Shown: positions 1-11,784, counted from the first letter of the stretch. The stretch: DNA of 28,485 nucleotides from Macrostomum lignano (GCA_002269645.1 NIVC01005016.1:1-28485); one strand, 5' to 3'. The notes: generated by a model from the letters alone, not told the origin. Numbers and translations: made by a program.

Positions 1-376
1 TTGGTTGGTTTTGAGATTGTGTCCTTGGTTAGCTGTGAGATTGTGTCCTTAGTTGGTTTTGAGATTGTGTCCTTATATTGTTTGAGATCGTGTCCTTAGT
101 TGATTGCGAGATCGTGCCCTTAGTTGGTTTTGAGATCGTGTCCTTGGTTATTTGTGAGATTGTGTCCTTGTTGGTTGTGAGATTGTGTCCTTGGTTAGCT
201 GTGAGATTGTGTCCTTAGTTGGTTGTGAGATTGTGTCCTTAGTTGATTGCGAGATCGTGCCCTTAGTTGGTTTTGAGATCGTGTCCTTGATTGGTTATGA
301 GATCGTATCCTTAGTTTGAGATCGTGCCCTTAGTTTGTTATGAGATCGTGTCCTTGATTAGTTATAAGATCGTGTC
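1..376. repeat. 24-bp minisatellite (TTAGTTGGTTGTGAGATYGTGTCC-like), about 16 degenerate copies, in the last intron of the GrpE gene
   Basis: 24-nt periodicity (units at 1, 25, 49...); ends just before the acceptor CCACTTCAG at 385-393. Confidence 0.95.
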
Positions 377-393
377 ATTCCTGGCCACTTCAG

Positions 394-594
394 GTGTTCC
401 GACGTCACAAGCTTGAGCCAATAAAACCCGACGTTGGCGAGAAGTTCGACCCGAATCAGCACGAGCCCTATTCGAAGTGCCCGTTGCCGAGAATTGCCAA
501 CCAGGCACTGTTGCCGTAGTTACAAAGGTTGGCTACCGTCTGCACGAGAGAACCCTTCGTCCCAGCTCTTGTTGGCGTGGTCAAATACACCTGA
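394..594 (+). CDS. GRPEL1: Terminal coding exon of a mitochondrial GrpE (Hsp70 nucleotide exchange factor); two 1-nt indels in this sequence
   Basis: After acceptor CAG| at 393: VFRRHKLEPIKPDVGEKFDPNQHE. Adding one G at 465/466 gives ALFEVPVAENCQPGTVAVVTKVGYRLHERTLR. Removing one C at 561-563 gives PALVGVVKYT, then TGA 592-594. This matches the GrpE C-terminus (FDPxxHEALF...PGTV..V.KVGY.LH.RTLRPALVGVVK). AATAAA at 684-689. Upstream exons lie outside the window. Confidence 0.88.
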
Positions 595-1798
595 AAATTT
601 TAGTTACACAATAGTTCTAACGGGTGTTTGATCGTATATTATTATATAGTGTTTGCAATTAATCTGTGCTGGGCTATTTGTTAAATAAATGAGCTTTTAT
701 AAAAACCGTGTGGGAGGAGTATTGATCAAGCACCCTGTCTATTTAGCTTTTCTTTAAGGTAAGAACTTAAGTCTAAAGAGTAACTTTTGTCTTTGCATTA
801 CTACTAGGTACTGAACTATGCACCCTCTGATTCAGTAGTATGTTCGTCAATGACAAAGATAATACGAAATAAAAGTTGCGCTTCTTTGCCATCTCATTGT
901 ACATCCACTTGCAACTTATACGCCTTTCGTTGGCGTACTGATCGATATATTCAGTCTGTTCTGCATACGATTGTCAAGGTCGTTTTGCCGGTTATCCTTT
1001 ATTGTTTAATAGCTAATAATAGGATTTGCATTTGCTCTTGTATGGAACATAAATGTTACTTTGAGCAAATAAACTGAAGCAGCAACGTACGTAAGAAAAA
1101 GACTTACTTAAGTTGCTTCTCGTGAAGTTATTTGATTGTAACTGCAACGAATCAGTTTTGGTTGTTTAACATTTTTCTTCATTTTAATTGAATAAATAAA
1201 CTACTTGACGGCTTGACAGGCACAATATGATTTAAATGTACTGCAACAAATACAAATAACCTGAAAATGAAGAATGATTGCTCAGAATCTCATGTAAGCT
1301 CTTTCATGTACAATGTTCAATGCATGTTAGAGTACATACATCGTGCATCTCGTCTCTTGTACATCTTTGACTTTTTCTGAGCTTTCACAATTTTTATTCC
1401 CTTAATGGTTTAATTGACGTTTTGATACTACAAAAGTATACAGGCTTTTTCATTAAAACCCAAATACCCCAAGTTGGCAATGATTAAGATTTGTTAACGG
1501 AGAGTTACATATTCAGCTGAAAATAGCATTAAATACCCATGTACAGAAAATTAAGACTGCAGACAGTTGTTTCGTCAATAATTATAATATGCCAGTACGA
1601 GCTACTATATAATTAAGGTATTTATGAAGGACAATTTACGTACAAGAGCAACAAGCTTTTTGCTGTTGAAAGCTAGCTATTCCCTAAAACTGGGGTTGTT
1701 GCTTCGCCGTTTGAATTGAACGTGCGTGGGCATGCAGACCCAAATCTAAAAATAACATTTTTACACGCCTCAAGTAGGCGTGTTGCTTTCGCATAAGA

Positions 1799-1921
1799 CC
1801 ACGTCAGCCTTAGGGAATTCCTAACGGAATCACCCAATAGTGTCATGGCAACTGTCTTGCGCCGACCAATAGAAAGCGACCACATCTAATTGCGTCTTAC
1901 TAATCTGCTTTCCGCGCCAAT
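1799..1921 (+). promoter_or_regulatory. ER-stress-type proximal promoter of GRP94: UPRE, ERSE-like element, three CCAAT boxes
   Basis: CCACGTCA 1799-1806 (TGACGTGG, UPRE/XBP1 consensus, on minus); CCAAT-N9-CCACA 1866-1884 (ERSE consensus CCAAT-N9-CCACG, 1 mismatch); CCAAT at 1834, 1866, 1917; all within 240 nt of the ATG at 2036. Confidence 0.65.
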
Positions 1922-2035
1922 TTAAACACGAACGCAAGAAGAAAACTTTCTTTTAATTCTGTCTTTCTGACTAGTTAATTATATTACAATTAAGTTCTCA
2001 TTTTGTGTTTCCTGGCTACAGAAGCATCTTTCACA

Positions 2036-5000
2036 ATGCAAAGAGGATACTTCTACTTTGCATTTACCTTGCTGCTTGTCTTTGGTAAGTGAACCACTGC
2101 TCATTTAATTAGAAATATATCAATTGTAAATTGTATTGACATTGCAAAAATGGTTTCCTGTTGCCTGTTGGTTGGGTCGGGTTTCTTCATTGCTAAAAAT
2201 TTCTGTGATGTGCTCGCAGCTGTTTTTTGTCAAATAGGCCTAGCTATTTTCATAAAACATAATGTTTGCATTAATTAGTTAGCTTAGTAGCTCTTTAAGA
2301 ATCAGATTTTTTATTTTAATTTCTAATACTGTCTTTGACTCTTAAATTCTCATAATTGCCTTCTATTGTCAGACATTGACAACAAAAGCCAGTGACAATT
2401 TTAGGAAACAGGAGGCCAAAGGGCATGCTATTATAAGATGTGGCCAAAAATTCTATATCTTTGATGGCATGCCTCTTTTGATTATCTAGTTATAGGTTGC
2501 TGCTTTCATTTTTATTCATACCTTGTCTTAAGCAAAGCTATTATACTAGCTAATCTAAACTAATTGATTTTGAAAGTGTTTAGTTTAAAAATGAATTCAA
2601 AAGTAGTTTAGAAAATCTTTTTTGGCTTGGCTAGACAAATAATAGTCTAAAAATATGGCTTTCTTTTAAAACTATCAGTATCAGAGTTATCAATTTTTAT
2701 AACTTATCCTTGGCCTGCCACATTTTATATTGGCTAGATTAAGCAAGTTGCCTAGTAGTTGCACATATATACTAATACATATGATTTATATAAATGGTTT
2801 ATATACTCAGCAACATTGAAAAGTCACTATTTTATATGCCAATAAGCAATTTGTCTTGGACTAGTCCAAAATAAAAGATGCAAAAAACTAAAGGGTAGCT
2901 TTAATCTATTCAACCCATTTGCATACTAATCTCCCATTCCTCCTATTTCATTTCTTTATCTAAGTCTATTGCAACATAGCTAAGTTGCATCACTTGCAAA
3001 GATTGGAAGACTTGACCTGCATTCTCAAAACAACAAAAGTGGCAACCATAAATAGAATCTTCCTTGATAGCAACTTTTTAATAATGTTGCTAAGTATATA
3101 ATAACAAAGTAATGTTTGTTTTCCATTTTCAATATATATGAAGCTAAGCAATAATACAATTCCATCCTAATCTGCTTTCTTACCTTGGATTTCACCTGCA
3201 GGCATCCTGTCCTCGCTGGTGCCCCCAGCCCAGTCGTCGCAGCAATCTGACGATGCCAGCAAAGTGACAGAGCCAACTGGCAGCGACAAAGTTGGCTCCA
3301 AAACTGACGACCGCGTGGTCGAACGCGAGGAGCAGGCCATCAAGCTCGATGGTCTCAACGCTGCTCAAGTTAAAGAGCTTCGCGAAAAGGCCGAGAAGTT
3401 CACCTTCCAGGCTGAGGTTGATCGAATGATGAAGCTAATTATCAATTCGCTCTATAAGAACAAGGAGATCTTCCTTCGCGAGCTCATCTCCAATGCTAGC
3501 GATGCCCTGGATAAGATCCGCTTCCTGTCTCTCACTAACAAGGAGGTCCTGTCTGCTACCGACGACCTCAGCATCCGCATCAAGGCCGATAAGGACGCGA
3601 AGACTTTGCACGTGATTGACACCGGCATCGGCATGACCAAGGAGGATTTAGTGAAGAATCTGGGCACAATTGCCAAGTCGGGCACATCGGAATTCTTTAA
3701 TAAATTCAACGAGGCCAAGTCTCAGACTGAGATGACGGATTTGATTGGCCAGTTTGGCGTTGGATTTTACAGCGCCTTCCTTGTCGCAGATCGGGTCACC
3801 GTCATTACTAAGAATAACGACGACAAGCAGTACATCTGGGAGTCCGATGCCAGCAGCTTCTCTATTAATGAGGATCCTAGGTGAGAAAATGACTTTAGAG
3901 TTATCTTTCAAAGAATTTAAAGGATTTCTAGGCCAATTTAAATGTTTAATAGTCAATTAGACTAGGTAGTAGATATTTGTAACAGCCCACTCAGATAAGT
4001 AAGAAAGCGGTAAACTTTCGTGCTTCAAAGGGCCAGATTGAGAACCTAACATATAATTGCGGGCCAGAGGAGGGGAGAGAGGTAATAGAGAAGATAGATG
4101 GGAGGAGAGCTGAGGGAGAGGAAAGGAGTGAGAATAGAAGAGAAGGAGAGGAGAGAAGAAGAGAAGAGAGAAAAAAGAAGGGGAGGAGAGAGAAGAGAGA
4201 AGACTGGAGAGGAGAGGAAAAAAAAGAGGATATTAGAGAGAAGGGAGCTGAGAAGAGACAAACCTTGAGCAGGCCGGATTGCTATTGTGAAGTTTCAATG
4301 GACCCGAAGACCGGATAGAGAGGCTTTGCGGGGGGGAGTTTTCCGACCCCTGCTCTAAATCCTACAACTGCAGGCAAATCACCCGCTTTGCAGAGGCAAC
4401 ACGCTGAAGCGGGGCACCGAGATCATTCTGCACATGAAAGATGAGGGCCTGGACTGGCTGGAGCCCAGCAGCCTGCGCGATCTCATTGTGAAGTACTCGC
4501 AGTTCATCAACTTCCCAATCTACGTGTGGGAGAGTCGCACCGAGACAGTTGAAGAGGCGGCCGAGAAGTCCGAGGAGAAGAAGGAGAAGAAAGACGAGGA
4601 CGCCACAGTAGAGGAGGAGAAAGAGAAAGCCGAGCCGAAGAAGGTTGAGAAGACTGTGTGGGACTGGCGCCTGGTGAACGAGAACAAGCCCATCTGGACC
4701 AGGAAGCCTGCCGAGATCACTGACAGCGAGTACAACCAGTTCTTCAAGTCCTTCACCAAGGCTAGCGAGGATCCTCTGGCCAAGACTCACTTTGTTGCCG
4801 AAGGCGAGGTCACATTCAAGAGCATCTTATTCGTCCCTAAGACTGCCGACTTTGACGCCTGGTCGAACTTTGGCAAGAAAACTGACAACATCAAGATGTA
4901 CGTTCGACGAGTGTTTATCACCGACAACTTCGAAGAGATGATGCCAAAGTATCTCAGCTTCATCAAGGGCATTGTTGATTCGGACGATTTGCCATTGAAC

Positions 5001-6691
5001 GTCAGCCGAGAGACTCTGCAGCAGCACAAGCTACTTAAAGTAATCAAGAAGAAACTGGTTCGCAAAGCTCTCGACATGATTAAGAAAATCGAGCCGGAAA
5101 AGTACAAGGAGTTCTGGAAGGAGTACTCTACTAACATCAAGGTTGGCATCACGGATGACGCCGCTAACAGGACTCGGCTGTCTAAGCTGCTGATGTTCTG
5201 GTCCTCGAACAATGACAAAGAGCAGGTGTCTCTGGCCGACTACGTGAGCAGGATGAAGGAGAAGCAGGAGAACATCTACTTCATCTCTGGACAGTCTCGC
5301 AAAGAAGTTGAAACTTCGCCGTTTGTTGAGAAGCTACTGAAACGCGGCTACGAAGTCCTGTACCTGCTGGAGCCGATCGACCAGTACGCCATCCAGTCCC
5401 TGCCCGAGTTCGAGGGCAAGAAGTTCCAGAATGCCGCCAAGGACGGCTTGAAGATTGGCGAAGAGACCGCCGAGGTCAAGGAGCGACGCGAGGCCATGGT
5501 GAAGGACTTTGAGCCGTTGACCAAATGGCTGCAGGAGACCGCTTTGAAGGACAAGATTGAGAAGGCTCAGATCTCCGACAGATTGGCTTCCTCCCCGTGC
5601 GCTCTGGTGGCCTCCCAGTACGGCTGGGACGCCGCTATGGATCGGGTGATGCGAGCTCAAGCCTACCAGAAGGCTGGCGATCAGTCTCAGGTATAAGTTC
5701 AGATTGGGATTAGCGGTTTGCTCGTATGTTATGGGCCATTGAATTTCAAAAAACCTTTCTTGATGCTCAAAATATCAAAATGCTCAAATGTCCCATTGAC
5801 ACACAGGGCTCAAATATCCGATTGACACACAGGGCTCAAATATCCCATTGACTCAGTGCTCAAATATCCCATTGACTCAGTGCTCAACTATCCCATTGAC
5901 TCATTGCTCAAATATTCCATTGACTCAGTGCTCAAATATCCCATTGACTCAGTGCTCAAATATCCCATTGATTCAGTGCTCAAATATCCCATTGACACAC
6001 AGGGCTCAAATATCCCCATTGACACAGTGCTCAAATATCCCATTGACTCAGTGCTCAAATATCCCATTGACTCAGTGCTCAAATATCCCATTGACTCAGT
6101 GCTCAAATATCCCTTTGACACAGTGTTAAAACATTCGATTTAGTTCCTAAAAAGTAAAGGCATTGGGATAGTACTGTATAAGGTACTCAATTAGTCCCTG
6201 CCACCACTCATCAACTCTACGTCACACCCTCAAACAGGTGCACTTCGCCTCCCAGAAGAAGATTCTGGAGATCAACCCGCGCCATCCGCTCATCAAAGAG
6301 CTCAAACGTCGCAGCGCCGATTCCCCAGACGACAAAACCGCCAACCAGCTGGCCACCATCCTGTACGAGGCCGCCACCCTGCGCAGCGGCTACGCCCTGG
6401 AGGACTCGTCAGGCTTCGCTGAACGTCTCGAAGCCATGCTGCGTCGTTCGGTGAACATTCCCGAGTCGGAGACAGTCGAAGAGGACGACCTGGACGGCGC
6501 TGCCGCTTCCCCACCGTCGACAGATGAGACGGCGAAAAAGACGGACGAATCTGCGACGGTGAGTGTTTGAAATTTCTGCTATATGACGAAAGATATTTTA
6601 GTCTTGTGAATTTGGATCATATTTTAATTAATTGCCACACACTTATTTTTCTCCGACACCCATTTTTATGTTTCAGAAAACCGAGTTGTAA
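2036..6691 (+). CDS. HSP90B1: Endoplasmin / GRP94 (ER Hsp90), 5 exons, 786 aa, N-terminal signal peptide, C-terminal KTEL
   Basis: Exons 2036-2084, 3202-3880, 4394-5690, 6238-6558, 6677-6691; all GT-AG with compatible phases (1,2,0,0); 2361 nt. Signal peptide [23 protein letters not shown]; GRP94 pre-N segment [19 protein letters not shown]; GHKL motifs [29 protein letters not shown]; middle-domain LNVSRETLQ; C-domain ILEINPRHP; ends AAA ACC GAG TTG TAA; AATAAA 6696-6701. Confidence 0.97.
4066..4259 (+). repeat. Polypurine (GA-rich) low-complexity tract in GRP94 intron 2
   Basis: About 190 nt almost entirely A/G (gagaggaggggagagagg...agaagagaca). Confidence 0.9.
5763..6139. repeat. 24-bp minisatellite (GTGCTCAAATATCCCATTGACTCA), about 15 copies, filling GRP94 intron 3
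   Basis: 24-nt periodicity; accounts for the 8-aa-repeat ORFs 5848..6129, 5856..6143, 5888..6121. Confidence 0.95.
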
Positions 6692-8605
6692 TATGAATAA
6701 AACAAAGAACTGAAAACATTTATTAGTAAATCAAAATATTTATAATATTAAAGTTCTATATTTGAGTTGCTCCGGTAATGTTAGACTAAAAACATACAGT
6801 AATTTAATTTATTAATAATCAGTTGCAATATGCCCGCACCCTGTGTAACTGAACACTTCACCAAAATCGTTTCATGGTTCACTTATTTTCCTAGCTATAC
6901 TTTGTAGTTTGAATTTGTTCAAATTTTCTCTCTTTTATGTTGTTTTACTGTTGCCACGTTTTCTTCTGCTGTGTGTTTGCGTGTGTGTGTGCGTTTTTTG
7001 TTTCCTTTCTAGCGTCAGTGTTTTCCCTCACCTTTGTTTGATTGAGAGCCCGATTTTTTGTCCTGGTGCATTTTGCCGCGCTGTCTTACAAAATAATATA
7101 TACTTAAGTCTATTCAATATGTCCTTAAATTGTTTGCCAATTGATGGATTTTATTTGAAAAATAAAACACAAGCTAACTACTGAGGCGGGTACTGTCGCC
7201 TGAACTATAAACCATTGTTCAGAGAGAGAACTGCTGGGAAATTTCTTGCCTCCTTCATCGAATAAAAGGAAAACTTGAGAATTATTGCTTTGATTTGATT
7301 TGAAGACGCACGCATGAGATTCCACGTTTGCCAATTTTAGTAAATAGCGCGTTCCTATACTCACCTCTGCCGCCTCCTCCCTTCATTTATATTCGTAGAG
7401 ACTTATGACTAACATACCGATAATTAATCACCTTTGAGCAGCCAGCGTCTTTATTTCAGTTATTTTTATTTTTTTTGTTTTTCTTTCATTTGCTTGCGTT
7501 TTTCCTCTAACCTCTACCTAGCTCTTCACGACACCCCCTAATGGATGCTTTAAAAGCCGTGTCGTCAGTTATAAATTTCGCTCATCTATTTAATGTGTCG
7601 TTTTTGCATTCGTTGGAATTCGAATCGAAAAGAAAATTATATACGTGTCCTGAATAGGTATGCTACTAGCAGATATCCAAATTTAATCAGTTAATTATAT
7701 TAAAATATTGCATGATTGACTTTATTTGTTGTCTTTCTTAATTTTTATCTTTTTAGTCTACTCTTATTTATTGAACGTTGTCAACCCGTATTAACCCTTA
7801 TGCTGCTAGTTCCTTGTTTGACAATTTTGGCTCCAAAAATTAAGCAGACTAATACCGATAACCTTAAATTTGAATTGCCTACCTCACCTATGCTCTGTAT
7901 CACTCAGTCCTCAGAAACCTTTCAAAATAATTTATTAAATTGCATGCTGCATGCTTGGCAAGGTTCCCTATAATGCATATCGATTGCTTTTCAGCAACTG
8001 CAGCAAAAAACCTTCCCAACATCTGGTAAGCGAGAAGTTCCCTAACTGACCAGTGAATAATACTGTGTATTTAATAATGTCTGAGCAGATTGCAGCGCTG
8101 GCATGACATGAGAATTCACCGCGTGCTTGCAAATACTAATCGGGTTTTAATTCCTCTCTGTGTAGATAAGGATTGGACTTATTGATTTCCCATGGCTTTG
8201 GCTTGATTGTCGCATGCATGCAAGCACGAGATTTTCCTGCACCCTGTGTGAGCAACTTAAGAACAAAAATTCTCGTTTTAATTGTCTACAGTATCTACTA
8301 CATGTAAGCGCTACTATTAGTAATACATTGCAGATGCTAATACTGAAACAAACTTTTGTTGCATTTGTAAACAAGACCGTCGCCTGAAATGACCCCGTTA
8401 AGTTTCCCAGAATGTATTGCTATTGTACTCAAGGAAAGTTAAACTACATGCAATTCTTTATGACGAAATGTAGCGATTGCAAGGAAGTTGCTCGATGAAG
8501 CTTTCATTTGTTGCGCTAATTGAACAGCCTTGAAAGCTGTGTGTGTTTTGTGTTTGTGTACACATCCATTGAAAGACATAGCGACTGCTGGAATACGGTA
8601 GTCAC

Positions 8606-8668
8606 CCATGTAGTGCAATTTCCAAGCCATGTAGTGCAATTTCCAAGCCATGTAGTGCAATTTCCAAG
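8606..8668. repeat. Three perfect tandem copies of a 21-mer (CCATGTAGTGCAATTTCCAAG)
   Basis: Units 8606-8626, 8627-8647, 8648-8668. Confidence 0.95.
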
Positions 8669-8822
8669 TAATCTTGGCCTTACATTAAAGTAGTGCGTTA
8701 TCTTCTACCAGAGCTACATGTAGGGGCGTCGCCACCGGAGGAACATGGGGCCTAGGGGGGGGGGGAATCCCCCCAGTTGAAGCTATATGGGAGTGACATG
8801 CCAACGCTTTATCCTCCCTCAC

Positions 8823-8980
8823 GAGTGTCTTCGGCGCCAAAATGAGTGTCTGCAGCACCAAAATGAGTGTCTGCAGCACCAAAATGAGTGTCTGCAGCAC
8901 CAAAATGAGTGTCTGCAGCACCAAAATGAGTGTCTGAAGCCCCAAAATGAGTGTCTGCAGCGCCGAAGTGAATGTCTGCG
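8823..8980. repeat. 21-bp tandem repeat (CACCAAAATGAGTGTCTGCAG), about 7 copies with degenerate ends
   Basis: 21-nt periodicity; accounts for the QHQNECL and VLQTLIL repeat ORFs. Confidence 0.93.
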
Positions 8981-10145
8981 ATTTTACACGTCAGAAGATG
9001 AGCTTAGAAGGCTGTTACCGCCGGATGTGTGCCAGAAGCTTTACTGCAGTAACTGCAGCTTAGATTATAAAGTACGTTCATGGAATGGCACACAAGATGA
9101 ATTTAGACAGTGCATGGGCGATTGCTATTTAGCGTGTACTGGTGGTGCTCAACAAGGAACAAGGAAGTATCAACCATAGATAAAGTATACATAGATTCCA
9201 CCCCTACCCCCGCGGAGTGTCTAAATTGTGACCATCACTTTATTCACTGCGCTCCTATTGGCTGGGCCACGCTATGCACATTGAGTCCACGTGTGTACAT
9301 TCCCCCAACTCCGCTTTTCTATTATCTTTCTTCCTTAAAGGACTTGCAACTTGTATAAAAAACGTGATTCAAATTTTCCAGCAACACTAGCATACTTTTT
9401 CTTGATTAAATGAAGCAACAAACCATTCTGGGCAGGGGTGGAATCTATGCATACTTTATCTATGGTATCAACTAACGTTCACTCATTGTTGCATGCATGT
9501 TTCTCTTGTGTTGTCATTTTTTAATTTCTAAAAATGCATTTCAGTCCTGCACCTATATGATGCATTAGATCTATAAAGGAGTTTTTACCATAGAAACAAT
9601 CAATTCTACACGCTCAATCGATCCAATAGAAATTATGAATCTTATGATCTTTGATCGATATTCATAATCTGCAAAAACACAAGAGACAGAGGAACAGTTT
9701 GGTAGATTGTGTAAATAGTTTACATATACATGTACCTTGCCGAGTGCAGCCATGAGGCATTCAAGCAACGTTTGGTTTTAAAGCAGTGCAAATACACAAA
9801 CCAATATTTGTTGTCGCTCGAGGTTGGCCCCAGGTAGCGTACCCGCGGTCTCTGATAAAGAAAGGGCAGTGACAGTGACAGACAAAGTGCTGAGCATCTT
9901 CATTGTTGTATTCGCAAAAAGGGCAAAGTTCAATCTTTAAATCGCCTCGGAGGAAGCCGCGCCTGGCGACCGGTAAAGGTCATGACATGACAAGGACTCG
10001 AATATCCTTCCGGTTTTGGTTTAGAAGGACGGTGACAATGGTGACAATACAGGGATACAAGATTTATCAGCTGAATCTCAGATATGCAGCATTTCAACAG
10101 ACAATACACGCATTGTTTTTCTGCTTGGTTGACGTCCTGGTCCTG

Positions 10146-11185
10146 AGTCACTCTCTCCAGTCACTGTTTCTCCCCTCCCCAGTCACTGTTTCTCCCCTCC
10201 CCAGTCACTGTTTCTCCCCTCCCCAGTCACTGTTTCTTCCCTCTCCAGTCACTGTTTCTTCCCTCTCCAGTCACTGTTTCTTCCTTCTCCAGTCACTGTT
10301 TCTCCCCTCCCCAGTCACTGTTTCTCCCCTCCCCAGTCACTGTTTCTCCCCTCCCCAGTCACTGTTTCTCCCCTCCCCAGTCACTGTTTCTCCCCTCCCC
10401 AGTCACTGTTTCTCCCCTCCCCAGTCACTGTTTCTTCCTTCTCCAGTCACTGTTTCTTCCTTCTCCAGTCACTGTCTCTTCCTTCTCCAGTCACTGTCTC
10501 TCCCCTCCCCAGTCACTGTTTCTCCCCTCCCCAGTCACTGTTTCTTCCTTCTCCAGTCACTGTTTCTCCCCTCTCCAGTCACTGTTTCTTCCTTCTCCAG
10601 TCACTGTTTCTCCCCTCTCCAGTCACTGTTTCTCCCTCTCCAGTCACTGTTTCTTCCTTCTCCAGTCACTGTTTCTTCCTTCTCCAGTCACTGTTTCTTC
10701 CTTCTCCAGTCACTGTTTCTCCCCTCTCCAGTCACTGTTTCTTCCTTCTCCAGTCACTGTCTCTTCCTTCTCCAGTCACTGTTTCTCCCCTCCCCAGTCA
10801 CTGTTTCTCCCCTCTCCAGTCACTGTTTCTTCCTTCTCCAGTCACTGTCTCTTCCTTCTCCAGTCACTGTTTCTCCCCTCCCCAGTCACTGTTTCTCCCC
10901 TCTCCAGTCACTGTTTCTTCCTTCTCCAGTCACTGTTTCTCCCCTCCTCAGTCACTTTTTCTTTACTTCCCAGTCACTGTTTCTCCCCTCCTCAGTCACT
11001 TTTTCTTTACTTCCCAGTCACTGTTTCTCCCCTCCTCAGTCACTTTTTCTTCACTTCTCAGTCACTGTTTCTCCCCTCCTCAGTCACTGTCTCTTCACTT
11101 CTCAGTCACTGTTTCTCCCCTCCTCAGTCACTGTTTCTCCCCTGTCCAGTCACTGTTTCTCCCCTCCCCAGTCACTGTCTCTTCA
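10146..11185. repeat. Pyrimidine-rich 22-bp minisatellite (CCAGTCACTGTTTCTCCCCTCC / ...TTCCTTCT), about 47 copies
   Basis: 22-nt periodicity; the unit has no stop codon on +, which produces the spurious 473-aa ORF. Confidence 0.95.
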
Positions 11186-11784
11186 CTCTTCTACACTTCC
11201 TTGGCTACTCACCTTCTCTATCACTAATTTGTTACCTCAGTATACATGTACATCTTTGCTTTACTCTACAAACTCTTCAGTAGGTATCCCCTCTCTATCC
11301 CAGACTTCTCGGCTTTTATCCTAAACACACATACATATAGTACAGCAGCTGCCAGTACAGTATGCATACGCGAGCGCGAAGCTGGGCACGCATAAAAAAG
11401 TACATTTGTAAGTACGGGTACACGCAATGGACGTACACATAAATGCTATCTAGACAATTTCCAGGAAACTTCATGAAGCACACTGCAGTATTCTCTGCAG
11501 TAAAGAATGTATGATTATAATAGAACTCTGACCATGTACATCTTGACAATAAAGTACAGATAATTTACCATCACAGAGCATCTCCCACAGCATTTGCTGG
11601 TTGAATACAATTGGCCCGCTCTGTGGAAGTTTATAGTTTTTTATGCATCGGGCAGAAAGAAGAAAGCACAGACCACACGTATATTAATATATACTAATGC
11701 GGCGATTGCACATTTACAGTTAGAGTTTTAATTAGAGTCTGAGCTCGATATCTACTGATTACTGATTAATTCATTCATTACCAT

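Noticed and set aside
399-422. CRE-like GACGTCAC and CCAAT as an upstream promoter; ORF 434..631
   Set aside because: Both lie inside the GrpE coding exon; the ORF is an off-frame reading
3452-5660. Antisense ORFs over GRP94 (3452..3718, 4362..4790, 4520..4783, 4787..5218, 5334..5660 and others)
   Set aside because: Shadow ORFs of a GC3-rich coding strand, with no recognisable motifs
9073-9105. YVHGMAHKMNL, resembling the hAT transposase HCxAHxLNL motif
   Set aside because: Key Cys absent, flanked by stops, and no other hAT motif or TIR found; a tblastn/HMM search of 8980-9360 could revisit it
8787-9179. 130-aa Cys-rich ORF with QHQNECL repeats
   Set aside because: First half is the 21-bp tandem repeat; no signal peptide, splice support or family motif
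9930-10151. Minus-strand ORF with CxxC...YCxxC...PC spacing like a zinc ribbon
   Set aside because: Starts at GTG within the repeat edge, only 73 aa, no supporting domain or clear splice context
9903-11324. 473-aa ORF rich in S/P/L/F
   Set aside because: Translation of the stop-free 22-bp pyrimidine minisatellite
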